Below the pieces are notes generated by a model, which saw only the letters and a list, made by a program, of their open reading frames with translations, did not search any database and was not told the DNA's origin. From Podarcis erhardii (lineage: Eukaryota): a DNA stretch of 64,000 bases. Below are positions 49,222 through 60,925 of this stretch, piece after piece (position 1 is the stretch's first letter; the number at the start of each line of letters is the position of its first letter). The stretch lies in assembly GCA_964252035.1 (NCBI GenBank), contig OZ176200.1, one strand, 5' to 3'. Made by a program: the position numbers and the translations under genes.

Positions 49222-51138
49222 TATTTATTTGTTGCACCCACCCTGGGTATTGCAACAAAGGGCAGGATAGAAGTTTGTTTTAGAAAAAAAAAAAATAAAA
49301 AAATCTACAAAGGAGCCTGCTTATGTATCCCAATCTCCTTGGTGGAACAAAAGAGGGTCAGTTGTATGACTAAGATAGTATTCTGAGGCCAGTTATCATA
49401 GTTCTTTCTTTTCCCATGTTATTGTAATTACCTTGTAAGCCTGAAGGCAGAGCCATATTGCTTGTTTCAGGTGCTTGCCGTATTGCTTATAGAAACTGCC
49501 TGTATATATTTTTTTAAATGTTGCCTTCCATCTTGCAATTGCTCTAAGTGTGCTCTAAGTGTGGAACTGCAAAATATAGGGGCCAGGAGCTAACACTACT
49601 TACGAAAGAAAACTGACGAGCAACAAGAGCCTGGGCTTGAATACATCCCTCTGCTTGCAAGCAAGTGATTTTGGTAATAGAAATGACCAAAATCGCACAG
49701 CAGTTCCAGTACTACAACCCCCAATGCTATAATTGTAGCGAAACACACACACACACACACATACGGCCTATGAGGTGCAATATGTCTATAGCAAATGAGG
49801 CACTAACAGCTAATAGCAACAGGGGAGAAAAATATCAGTATTAATGGCACTGATACAATTTCCCATTATCTAAGTGTATCAGGTCTGTGTGTGCACTAAA
49901 TGCGATATATTTTTGTACAATCTGTAGCATTCTGGGGATATGTTCATGGCTCCTAGTTCCATGATGAATTACAGTGTCCCCCCCCCCCAATAGTAATAAT
50001 AACAGTACTACTACTAATAATTTTGAACTGCAAAAATTCAGCATCTTTCAACATTGCTGAGTAAACTGACTGCATAAGCGATGACTCCATAAACTTTAGG
50101 AACTCATTTATTATGTTGCTAGATCAGACACTGCATTTATTCACACAGTGCATCTATAAAACTGAGCTTTCATTAGAGTCATGGGGAGGCCCAAGCCTCT
50201 TTCTCTTCACTTGAGAAGGTGAAGCTCAAGAAGATAATTAAACATGAAACAATGAGGAGGCTTGCTGGGTAAGCAGTAGTGTGAAAACAGTTACTCCTCA
50301 CAAAAGAGGGGAAATTAGCTGGCTGGATAAAAGAGGAAGTGTCAGACTGGAAGACTGGAAGGAGGACTCTGCCAGCATAAGCGGGGAGAGCTCCATGCAT
50401 CATTAATGCCATTTTTTTAACACTTAAGCTCCACAGCTGTCCAAGTCCAAACACATTCAAATGCCACACATTCAGAGAAATGAATATGCTGTGTTGAAAT
50501 TATTTCCCTTAAACTTCCCATGTTCATCTTTCACTCGTTGCAGCCAACTGCCAAATGTAGCAGGCTCTCAGTGGAGCATCTTTGTTTACAGAGTCAGTGC
50601 AAACAGAGCCTTCTAAAGAGATTCAGTGTCGTCATTATATTATAACAAACACATCATTTTTTTACATTGTAAACACCAATATTTCCAGGAACAGAAAGTT
50701 TGGTTTGATTTTGATGCTTTCAAACTGTGCAGTTTCATTTGTGATGTGCTGTTTCCTTTCAGAACTTCCCTTCTCCAGAACAGTGTTCCCTGAAGCAGCC
50801 AGGATTCCCCCCCCCCTTTTTTGGCAGAGGTTCAGGTGCACACAGTGCCAAAAGAAATAGAATAAACAAACACTGCTTAATGCAGCTGGCTAGGTAATTT
50901 ACATATTACTGCACACCAAATATGGAGACCTGAATATGGATTAGAACTCCTGTGATGATACAAATGCTGTATAGATAAAGAAAATGAAAAATTCTACATA
51001 ACCATCAATTTACCTTTCTCGGGAGTGACATTTTACTGTGAAATATATATAGAAACACATAGGAACATTAAAATATATATGGGGAAATAGGTACACTGTA
51101 GATGTTTGTGTATATGCTTATGTCAGTCCATCCATCTA

Positions 51139-51141
<3 letters not shown>

Positions 51142-51179
<38 letters not shown>
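51142..51179. repeat. (AC)19 microsatellite
   Basis: Direct reading. Confidence 0.95.
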
Positions 51180-51181
<2 letters not shown>

Positions 51182-51830
51182 AGGCAACAATACACAATTC
51201 TTATTTAGGCATCCTCTCTCAAAAGTGTATTTTTTCCATAGACAAATGCTAAAGTGCAAAGAAAATAAATATCAAAATAGCTAACATATGCTGGACTGTT
51301 TTGGCATATTATATTGTCACAATAATTCTGAGTGTTTACTTGATGCAAACTTAGCTAGATGCTAAGATGTCCTGCTATACTAGGCAATGGAAGTGAAAAT
51401 ACAGGAACCATTTACTCATGTTTTAGTACACTGGTATCTGCTTTCAGAAGTAAGAGCTTCAAAGTATCCTCAATTTTGTTGTTAATGTTTAAACATACTG
51501 TGAGCATACCCCTTGGCACAGATTAAAATCAAAACTGAAGTTATACAACTGAGATCAATAGAACTCACCCCAAAGCAAGTGTGTGGGAGGGTAGCAGTTT
51601 TTCTAGCAAAATTCAAAATCAGATACATTCAAAACTGTAATTCAAAACAATTAAACTGAAAATTAGAACCTATGACCTTTTATGCAGGTATTGCTATCTA
51701 ACCGACTCTCTCACAGTATTAACAAACAATAGACTACAAAAACAGAGACTCTTACAGTCTAAATAAATGCAGTGAAGTCTCATTTATAGACAAATCATTG
51801 TCAGCATTATAGAGAAATGTCATTGTTATT

Positions 51831-51925
51831 TAGGCTGCAATCCTAAACCCACTTATCTAGGAGTAAATACATTAGAATTCAATAGGACTTAGTTCTGAGT
51901 AGATGTGGTCAGAATTGTGCTGTTA
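51831..51925. mobile_element. Short palindromic MITE (family of 33337)
   Basis: taggctgcaatcctaaacccactta...gaattcaataggacttagttctgagtagatgtggtcagaattgtgctgtta. Confidence 0.6.
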
Positions 51926-52106
51926 ATTTAGTATATGTGTGTATATATAGATATATAAATTGAATCAATTTTATCTTCCTGCTTATTTAAAAATGTAACA
52001 GCCTGTACTGTTTTCTCCATACAAACTGAATGTAACAGGTATACCAATGGGATAATTCAGCATTTTAAATCCAGTTAAGATTAAGAATAATTGGTGAAAC
52101 TGGTAC

Positions 52107-52274
52107 ACCTGCATCAGGACCACTGGACACCTTCATCTGCCCCAGCTGCAACAAAACATCTCTCTCTCATATCGGTCTCTACAGCCATAGCAGGCGCTGT
52201 AACTCTCTAATGGTTTGACTTAGCCACAAAGGTGCACCCTTCCATTGTCTCCCAAGACAGACAGATGCCAACAA
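52107..52274 (+). mobile_element. RTE-clade LINE 3' end
   Basis: Translates TFICPSCNKTSLSHIGLYSHSRRCNSLMV*, the C-terminal zinc-finger-like motif of RTE ORF2, then the tail ccattgtctcccaagacagacagatgccaacaa. Confidence 0.75.
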
Positions 52275-54084
52275 AATAAAATGTGGAATAGTAGTCATTG
52301 TAGTAGCAGCAATAGTCAAAGGCCTAAAACAAGGTCCCAAGAAGGTAAATGAAAAGAATTCAAACATTTTATAGACAAACATTCTGATCCAGAATGATAT
52401 ATAAATTAATAGAAAAAAGTTTCTACTTGTGGATTGACTCTACTGTGGGCAAAACAGGGTTCTGAGGTTAGAAAGAAGTCTCATTTTTAAAGTGTTTTCT
52501 GTGCCCCTCCCTGAAAAAATCCTGTGGACACACATGCTCGTGGAAGGCTTATATCAAGTATCTGGTATTAATGGAACATAAATGGAGCAAGTAATTTCCA
52601 CAGGATGCTGACTGTGTTTTCTTTCCTGATTTTCACACCAGCTTGCAGAATGAGGTCTATAGTAAATTCTTATGCTACTTCTTTTGCCATTTGTTCTTGC
52701 TTCACAAAATAATTATTTAGTTCGCAATTAGGCCATTTCAGATGCCAAGTGGTGTTAGTATTGAGTGGTGATGTGTATCAAAACAGCAACGTGATAACTT
52801 GTGCATCATTCTTCTATAGGTGATTTTTCAACATGTGTAATGAGCATCATGCTATTGATTTTTTTTAAGCATTTCACCAATGGGAAAGGCAGAGAACAAG
52901 GACACTTCATTGAGGGCCAACTTTATGAACAACTGTTTTCTTTCCCTAAAAGTGTCAGGGAAGCACAAAAGAAGAAGTGGATGAGGATATCAGCTTAGCA
53001 GGAATGCAGCATTTTAGCACATTTTTGTTTCCAGGTTTGCTTTCCATTCATTAAAAAGAATCTGGATTTTTTCCCAACCTCCTCTCAAATGGTACTTTCA
53101 GCAACCTCTTTGACTCCTAAGAATAAGCATCCAAGAAAAAGGCTTATGGAAAGCGAATGCTTGGTGTTGTTGTTTTTTAAAGTGAGCTGTCTCACCACCG
53201 CAGATTTTTCCAAGTTCTTACAACTCTAATTAAAATGTGGTAATTGGTTATGTTACCTCAATTACCATGATGCATGGACATTGATGCAGAGTGACACCAA
53301 TTGAATCCCTTGGGTGTTATACCCTAAGGCCATCCCATTTATTGTGGCCTTATTATTTTCAATTATGTGGCTGGATGTACAGCATACTTTCAAAGCCAAT
53401 GCACATGGGAATTGAGCTGGACACATAGTACAGTGTACTTACAGAAGCGTTCGGCAGCAGAGGAAAATTTGCATGATGGAAAGGAAGCATTTCTCAAATC
53501 CACATAAATAATCTAAGTCAGAAATATTGCAGAGAGCAAGGAACAGACTTCAATCAGGCAGGCATCCCAAACCTAAATGATACCAACTCAAAATGTGGCA
53601 ACTAACAGCTTCTTCAGTTGTGTAGGGGGGGAAAATGAACAGTGGCCTCTTATATGTGACAGATTTCAAGGCAAGGACAGTGAAATCACAGATAATGAAT
53701 GGAAAAGAACGACAGTCTCTCTTTTGGAAGAGCTGTTTTGCCTAAACCCTCATTTATAACCCTGGCAATTCTGCTTATATGAGCAGCTTCTACAAGGAGA
53801 AGGTTTTTCCTGGGAAAGGAGTGGGACCAGGGGAAACCGCTCAGACCTGGGTGTAGAAAGCATTGATCAAGTGGAAAACTGCTTGGACCTGAGCTTCCTA
53901 TGTATGGGACAAGCAGCACTGTGGACGAGCTGTCAATCTTTTTGTTGGCAGCTGTGACCATGAGTATATTTTTACTAGCTTAGGTTGGTTAACCAACTGC
54001 TTCTGTTCCTAGGGATGAATACTATGGTTACATCCAAACTGGATGACTATAACAAGCACTAAACAGGGCCGCAGGGACAGAATT

Positions 54085-54311
54085 TGGGTAGAGTCGCTAC
54101 TAGGAGAACATTACACCAAAACCACATCCATGCCATACATTTAAAGCACTATTATACAACTTTCCCGCCATGGCTTTCCCCAATGAATTCTGGGAACTTT
54201 AGTTTGTTTAGAGTGCTGATAGCTGTTAGGCGAGCCCTATTTCCCTCTCTGAGTTACAGTTCCCAGAGTTCCCTGGGAAGAAGGATTGATTGTTAAACTA
54301 CTCCTGGAATT
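54085..54311. mobile_element. Degenerate squamate MITE
   Basis: Contains ccatggctttccccaatgaattctgggaactttagtttg...gagttacagttcccagagttccctgggaag, a common lizard non-autonomous DNA element (recalled). Confidence 0.45.
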
Positions 54312-56199
54312 CCATTTCATAGGCAGGTAGTCTGAATTATTCACAAATCCTTTTCACTTAATCAAATGAATGAACTAAATGAAATAAACTTTATGCAAAT
54401 AGACTTGACACATGACTGGATGGGGAAAGTGCATTGGGGAGTGCTCTAGAATTTTAAGGAAAAACCACAGCAATTCAATGCCAGCTTTCATATTGACATA
54501 CACTGACAATATGAGAAACAAACTGTCTTCTGCTATCAGTCCTAGAGAAACTTTATGTTTTGGGGGAAACTGTGGATATTGTAAAAAGATCTTTTAAAAG
54601 GCAGCAAAAAGTTCTTTTAAAAAGCTACTAATATATATATATATATCTCCAAGCTCTTTACAAATAATTTCAACATAACCCCCGAGCATGAATAATACGT
54701 TGCCATTAGGGACCATGAAAAGGAAAATGGTCAAAGGAAAATGCTGATAGATGTATTAAAAGAACAGAAGAGGGAAGCAACTCCTGAACTTCCGTAACAC
54801 ATCTAATCAACCAGGCCAGCATTTGCACTGTCAGTGACTCTTGCCAACACCGAGTCTGATGCCATCAGAGATGTAAACACATCCCATTTGTTTTCATATA
54901 TTACAGTATATTGTGGACAACCTCAAATAAAAAAACTATATACTTGTTTCCCGGGGATACCATTCATGTGCCAAGACTGGCACACCATCAAGTGCAGAGA
55001 GATAGGCAAAGCAGAGAAAGCAATCTTGGGATCAGCCCAAGAAATGACTACACAGGAACTGAATGAAAGGAAATGTTGTAGCATGCCAGCTTGGAATTGG
55101 GAGACGGCAGGGGAGGGAGAGAAAAAGAATGCAAGAGAGACTAGCTAATTTCAGTTCCAACTACAGCATCCTGATTCTAAGAACTCTTTTTATCATCTAA
55201 GAAAATGGAAGATTTGGAAACTAGCCCTGTTTTCATATGGAATGCATATGTTCGTAGCAAGAGGCCTCCCCAAAACGAAAAATAAAACCTATATGGAGAG
55301 TTCTTAATGGCTGCCATTTCTCACCAGTTGCATTCCCTACCAGGTGAAATGTAATTCAGTCCAGCAAAGAAGTCTAGGTTACCCCAGGCAAAATGGGAAC
55401 AAAGCAGTGTGGAGCTTGTGAAGTTCTCTGGCATCCTGACATCAAGAAAACACACAGTGCTTTTACACTCCCCCTACCTCACCTCCCAATCGATTCCTAT
55501 CCAAATAGAGCCACAAGACTACTTCACTCCTGCTGCAAGAGCAGCACTAGCCTTTAATTAGCACGTAGCAGCTTATTTAGAGGAACTGCAGCTAAACCCA
55601 GCAGCAGCAGCTCGCATGGCAAAGATGAGAGTAGCTCCGGCTGCAGTGGCGCTTTTACACGTGTGTTCAGCAGCCTGCAGAGCTTTTTCACAGTTGCCGC
55701 TTGCCTCTGCTTCAGGCAAAAGAGAACAGTCAGCACCAGAAGGTGAAAAAGTGAGAGCACAACACAACAAAAACAATACAGCTTTTTGCCAACTGCTGCT
55801 ATTTTAAGAGGAATAAAGCTTCTGGATCAGATGGGCAGTCTCTGCACCACTACCCTGTAAAGAAAGGACCAGAGCAAGGTCCTGATTTGGCTCTAATAGA
55901 GGGATGGGGTCCAACAAAGGCACCAACACACAGCTGCCCCTGTGGTGTTCTATTTATGTCATGAGCTCCTTTAGGAATGCTGCTATAAAAGCGAGACACT
56001 TTTCAATCTGTCTGTTGCAAGCAATGTCAGAATTCCACAGGTCTTCAACGAAAGGTTGGACGAGCATGTATTGAGGATGCTTTAAATATTGGATAGCTTG
56101 TCTCAGGACAGGCTGAAGTAGATTACATGTAGAACAATTCCAACCTTAATATTTTGAACCCATACAAAACACTTATTTCCATAATAAAAAAAATCCTTC

Positions 56200-56275
56200 C
56201 AATAGCTCCTTAGAGACCAACTAATTTTGTTATTGGTATGAGCTTTCGTGTGCATGCACACTTCTTCAGGTACCA
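56200..56275 (-). mobile_element. Penelope-like element terminal (pLTR) fragment
   Basis: The hammerhead is followed by aataacaaaattagttggtctctaaggagcta, resembling the recalled reptile PLE end (AATAAA...TTGGTCTCTAAGGTGCTAC). Confidence 0.62.
56234..56275 (-). ncRNA. Minimal type I hammerhead ribozyme motif (Penelope-type)
   Basis: Minus strand TGGTAC-CTGAAGA-A-GTGTG-CATG-CACAC-GAAA-GC-TC-ATACCA: core CUGANGA (56269-56263), 5-bp stem II, GAAA (56247-56244), palindromic AGCU in place of stem III, cleavage triplet CUC, stem I UGGUA/UACCA with one C-A mismatch next to the core. Confidence 0.75.
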
Positions 56276-56794
56276 TTATTTCCATAGTACTTATTCCATG
56301 CTCTCTAACTTTGTTTGGCAATAAGGTTGGAATTGATGGGCTAAAGCACATAGATGCAGACTAGTGCTGGACAAACGGGATGTTCAGAATAAGTCCAGGG
56401 GCTGCTTTATAGAGATCTAGACAAATGATTGAAGTGTATCATATTACAAACAACAATACATGTTTTGGTCTAATTCAGAAAACCATTGACTACCCTTATC
56501 TGCCATTTATTTCAATTCCACAAAATCCATTCAGTGCCTTAAAAGGGTCAGAATCTGTGTGTTTAAAAACAGAACTCGAGTTTGTGCAACGTGTTCATAG
56601 CCCATTAATCAGTTGGTTCCATTGACAGGATCATTATATGTTTGGGGAGAAAGGTTCAGAAGCCTAATTATTTGGCTCGCTGTTGCACCTTCAGTGAAGA
56701 TATCAAGAGGAACAAGGAAGGATTTTAAGGTGCTGGGGAAATGCCCCACGTGAATGCATTTGAAGGGAAGGAACATCAAGCAGGTGTCACTTAC

Positions 56795-57010
56795 GGAATG
56801 CTTTGCCAACTTCTTCTGCAGTCTAGTTTGCCACTGGACAGCTTGCATGACGATGGCTTCCCACCTCCTTTCAAGATTTACAATTATCAGCTGCATTGAC
56901 TGGTGATCTGCGTTCAGGTTACAGGTATCCTGGTCATTAAGGAGGTGCTGGCACAAACGCAAAACTGAGCCCACGCCTCGGCGTCTCTGTTTAATTTCGC
57001 AGCAGAGGGA
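56795..57010 (-). CDS. AKAP6: AKAP6 internal coding exon (end of third spectrin repeat; equivalent to human exon 12), phase 0-0, 72 codons
   Basis: Minus-strand translation SLCCEIKQRRRGVGSVLRLCQHLLNDQDTCNLNADHQSMQLIIVNLERRWEAIVMQAVQWQTRLQKKLAKHS matches AKAP6. Acceptor ctgaccattcttctgtccacag (CAG at 57013-57011); donor TCC|gtaagt (intron starts 56794). Splices in frame to the exon at 41490. Confidence 0.95.
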
Positions 57011-57045
57011 CTGTGGACAGAAGAATGGTCAGTGTCAATGCACTT

Positions 57046-57080
57046 TATAAGTATAAGTATAGGTATAAGTATAAGTATAA
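57046..57080. repeat. (AGTATA)n hexamer repeat just upstream of the exon acceptor at 57011
   Basis: tataagtataagtataggtataagtataagtataa. Confidence 0.85.
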
Positions 57081-57339
57081 TAATTCAGCAGTCACTTGCA
57101 GAGTCCAGTGTTGTTGCTGCTTTAAGAATATTATGCAACACCATACCTTATAGCAGGGGTTCCAAAACTGTGGTCCATGGAGCACCAGTTCATGAACTTC
57201 ATTCAGGTGCTCTGCAGCGCATGAGCATTCAAATTCATATTTGTATTTGTACTGCTTATTTATTATCACCCCTCCTCCCAAAAAGCCCCTCCATGAACAA
57301 ACCAGGTAGGCAGTCAAGAGCCCCAGCACTTCCCCAGTT

Positions 57340-57387
57340 CAACAAACAAACAAACAAACAAACAAACAAACAAACAAACAAACAAAC
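57340..57387. repeat. (AAAC)n microsatellite, about 12 units
   Basis: Direct reading. Confidence 0.95.
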
Positions 57388-57398
57388 AGCATGAGAAC

Positions 57399-57736
57399 TA
57401 AACAGCCTCGGCCCTGTATACCTAAAAGAGCGTCACCACCCCCATTGTCCAGCCCGGACATTGAGATCCAGCACTTCTGGCGGTTCCCTCATTGTGAGAA
57501 GTGAGGTTACAGGGAACCAGGCAGAGGGCCTTCTTGGTAGTGGCGCCCGCCCTGTGGAACGCCCTCCCTTCAGATGTGAAGGAAATAAGTAGCTATCTTA
57601 TCTTTAAAAGACAGCTGAAGGCAGCCCCGTTTAGGAAAGTTTTTAATATTTAATGCTGTATTGTTTTTAACATTTGATTGGAAGCCGCCCAGAGTGGCTG
57701 TGGCTGGGGAAACTCAGCCAGATGGGCGGGGTATAA

Positions 57737-57792
<56 letters not shown>
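57399..57792 (+). mobile_element. L2 LINE 3' end with (AAC)n tail
   Basis: aaacagcctcggccctgtatacctaaaagagcgtc...gggccttcttggtagtggcgcccgccctgtggaacgccctccc...gaagccgcccagagtggc...gatgggcggggtataaataa, then (AAC)n from 57739. Confidence 0.85.
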
Positions 57793-57793
<1 letters not shown>

Positions 57794-57945
57794 AATTCAT
57801 CCCTCTCCTCTCCCAGTTTTCTCACAATGTGCAACAGCCCAGATTTAGCCTTTCCTACAAAGAGAATTTAACACTGCAGCCAATGCTAGAGTAGGAAAAG
57901 ACAGCAAAATCAATGCAACAGCAAATGTATCTTCCTCCACCACTA

Positions 57946-57946
<1 letters not shown>

Positions 57947-57984
<38 letters not shown>
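57947..57984. repeat. (CA)19 microsatellite
   Basis: Direct reading. Confidence 0.95.
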
Positions 57985-57985
<1 letters not shown>

Positions 57986-60776
57986 CTTTCCAGCAGACAG
58001 CAAAGCGAGCCAAGAGGAAGCCCCAGCACTTCTTCCCTTCCCCCTTTCCAAAAGGCAAGTTGTCAAACTTATCGAATGCCATAAATACAAGTGTCCAAAA
58101 ATAAAATAAAATCAGAGGCCCCTTTTGAGCTTGAGGCCCCAGGCCAAATGGTCTTCCCCACCCCTGAGAAGTCCTCTCCATATGAAACACATATAGTACT
58201 GAAATTTAGAAACTACCAGTAGAATTTACCAAGACACCTTTTTAAAAGCAACACTGCAAACATATAGGAATATCGAAACACTGCCATATATAAAAGACAA
58301 AGGCCTGGCAAAACATGGGACATATTAGGATCAACCAAGGTTCACAAGGCAGGGTACCAGCTTTTGAATTACCGGTACATGCAACTCTTCCCTGGTATGA
58401 GTGTTTGTAGGCTCTAATAAAGGTATGATTTCAGCACTTCCACAACTCTTCCACAAAGCAAAACTTTTGAACAGTTCCATATGTTACAGATTTAAATATT
58501 TTGAAGTTGATTGCATCAGAAAGATGTGGGATAACAGAGACATTTCAACTTGTAATTCAACCAAGGAAACATTTTCTTTCTTTCTTACAGTTTTAACACA
58601 CCCGTGTCCCTCTGTTGCAAAAAAAGAACACAAGAAGGGCCCTGCTGGAACAATCCAAAACGCCATCTAGTTCATCATCCGTGTCATGGGCCCTTTGGCT
58701 CCATCAGAATCTGGCATGGTTTGGCAGCTCAAGATGAAGACGGTGGAGAAGCAGGTGGAGGGCTGGAAGTGTGGCAACCGGGGATGGAGGTGGGAGGTCC
58801 TCCCTGCTAACTGTTGGAACATTTTTGTAGCTTCCATTAAAATATGAACCTCTTGGCCTACTCATGTACCTTGGAATCTTGATTTTTGGACCTTGTGCTT
58901 GCTTCTGAGCCTGAATAAAGATCTTTTTCTTACTTGCAAGTTGCATTTTGTTTTTGTTGTGTTTTGGGACCTGAAAATCCTGTTCTTACAGTGACCAGCC
59001 AGATGTTTATGGAAAGTCCAAAAGGAGGACCTTAGTTCAGCAGTGTTTGCCCCACTTGTGACCCCCCCCCCAGCAACAGGTATCCAACAATGGAGGTAGA
59101 ACAAAGCCACCATGACGAGTAGCTAGTTCTCTTTATTCTGATCTGTCTGCTCTATGGCTTCCTTTGTTTCTGTGCTGTTCTGAGCAAATCTGCAGTCAAC
59201 ATTACAGTGTGTTAAGTGCTTTTGAAGAGAGACACCAAGGGGAAAATGCCACCACAAGTGTCTAGGAAGATGTATTCTTCAGCCTAGCCCCCCGCCCCTG
59301 CTCCCACACACTGTGTTTCCTTCACTGAGTTGCTGTGGATCTAGTATCTTCTACCATATTAGAGCACGGAAGACTTCTTCACATTCAGGAGCTTACCAGG
59401 CAATTTAAATTGTGCACCGTGAAAACATCTGTTTCTCTCTGCAGGATGCTACAGATGAAAGTACATAACCCCATGAGAAAAATCTAAGCTATCACCCTAG
59501 CATTTTAGGTTTCCTTTTAGGGAAAATTTGGTAGCAGCGGGGTGGGGGTAGGGAATTACAGTTAATAAGAAAAGCCTTGTGAAAAATATCTGAGCTGTTT
59601 AGAGATGCTGGTAACTGAAAAACATGGACTTCTTTGGGTGCAACCTCCTAACTGACACTGCTGTTTCCAAGAGGAAAAGCTAAATATTGCCATTGTTTAA
59701 AAATAATAGTAAGATTGCACTTAAATACATTTTCTGCATAAGAAAAGTAGCTCTCCCTCTGAAAGTTTTCTGTTTCCTAACCAGTGGAAAGCTGAATTCC
59801 TAAAGCAAAACAATGGTGTTAATGTCTAATATCTATATGTACACATACCTTTTTATGCCTTTGGGTAAAGGGGAAGTTGATTGTTAAACTGAAAGTCTTC
59901 AACAAAAAAATATGATTATATCCATAATATAGCTGGATTGCTTACTAATCAGCTTGCACTTCCACAATTTGAGTGTTCTAGCAGTTAACAGATTGCTTAT
60001 TAATGAACAAGGGTAAACAAGACAATGCAATCTCATTTAAAATGGGTGTTTTAATGCCTAAAAGTATTTGTGTTCAAAATGTTAATCCCAATAAGATGTC
60101 ATTAGAAGATGTCTTAAAATGATTAAGTGCATTTCATTGTAAAGTAACACTGCACAGTTTATCAGCAGGTGGACATTTTACACAGATGTTCTACTTATTA
60201 ATAAAATGCGTCCTATAACTGTTTCAATTGCCTTACTCTTATAATAGCCCAAATCCCATTATTTCTGAAATGAGGGAACACTCTCCCCTTAATATCTCTG
60301 AATTTTAAGTAAGCTGAATGACAAATTTCAAAACCACTATTTATGCCAAAATATACCCACAAGCTTTATTATTCAGTTTATAGCTGGAGTGCATTTTCTA
60401 ATGTTCCTTAAACCTGCTTGTATTTACTTTCCTGAAGTGTATTGCTAAAAATTCTCCAGGAACACAAAGGTAATATCAAAGCTAGAAGTGACTGCAACTT
60501 CCTCATTCACAAACCCTGCCAGCATTTTATATCACAAATTTGCATACTAGCAAATCAAATGTTGCTTCAACCAATGAAACATTGGTGATACTTCCAAGCT
60601 CCCCAATCAACACATGCAAGGCTGTCCCATTCTTCCTAATTTTTCTGCCTTGCACAGGGCTGTGTTCACTTCAGAACTGAAAATGTCGCTAAAGCCTTAC
60701 TGAGACTGGGACCTCCTGACCTGTAACAAAGCTGCTTGAGGGGATTGTGGGCAAGTGGTTCATAAATGGTTCCAAC

Positions 60777-60925
60777 AAGTGATTTTTTTCTGGGGGGATA
60801 CAGGGGTACGCATACCCATAAACATTTCGTGAATCTAAGTTTGGCCTCACTGAGGGGCAGTATTTCAATACGAATAGGAAAATGAGAGTACCCCTAAACA
60901 TTTTTTAAAAAGAATAAAAGCACTG
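60777..60925. mobile_element. hAT MITE (family of 16543)
   Basis: Body is the reverse complement of 16543-16689; perfect 8-bp TSD GTTCCAAC at 60769-60776 and 60926-60933. Confidence 0.88.

Larger units (their letters stand above)
41491..56794 (-). other. AKAP6: AKAP6 intron between the two coding exons (15.3 kb, GT-AG, phase 0)
   Basis: Bounded by gtaagt at 56794 and aacag at 41491; joining gives continuous KHS|ESLNVIDP. Confidence 0.9.

Noticed and set aside
55575-55625. LPCELLLLGLAAVP as a KASH transmembrane domain
   Set aside because: It resembles nesprin LPLQLLLLLLIGLACLVP, but the hydrophobic run is too short and there is no luminal segment or terminal PPPX motif.
55554-55760. 68-aa ORF with an apparent signal peptide (MLSLFHLLVLTVLFC)
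   Set aside because: The start codon is GTG and the hydrophobic N-terminus is simply the translated polypyrimidine tract. Only the part after the acceptor is kept as a candidate.
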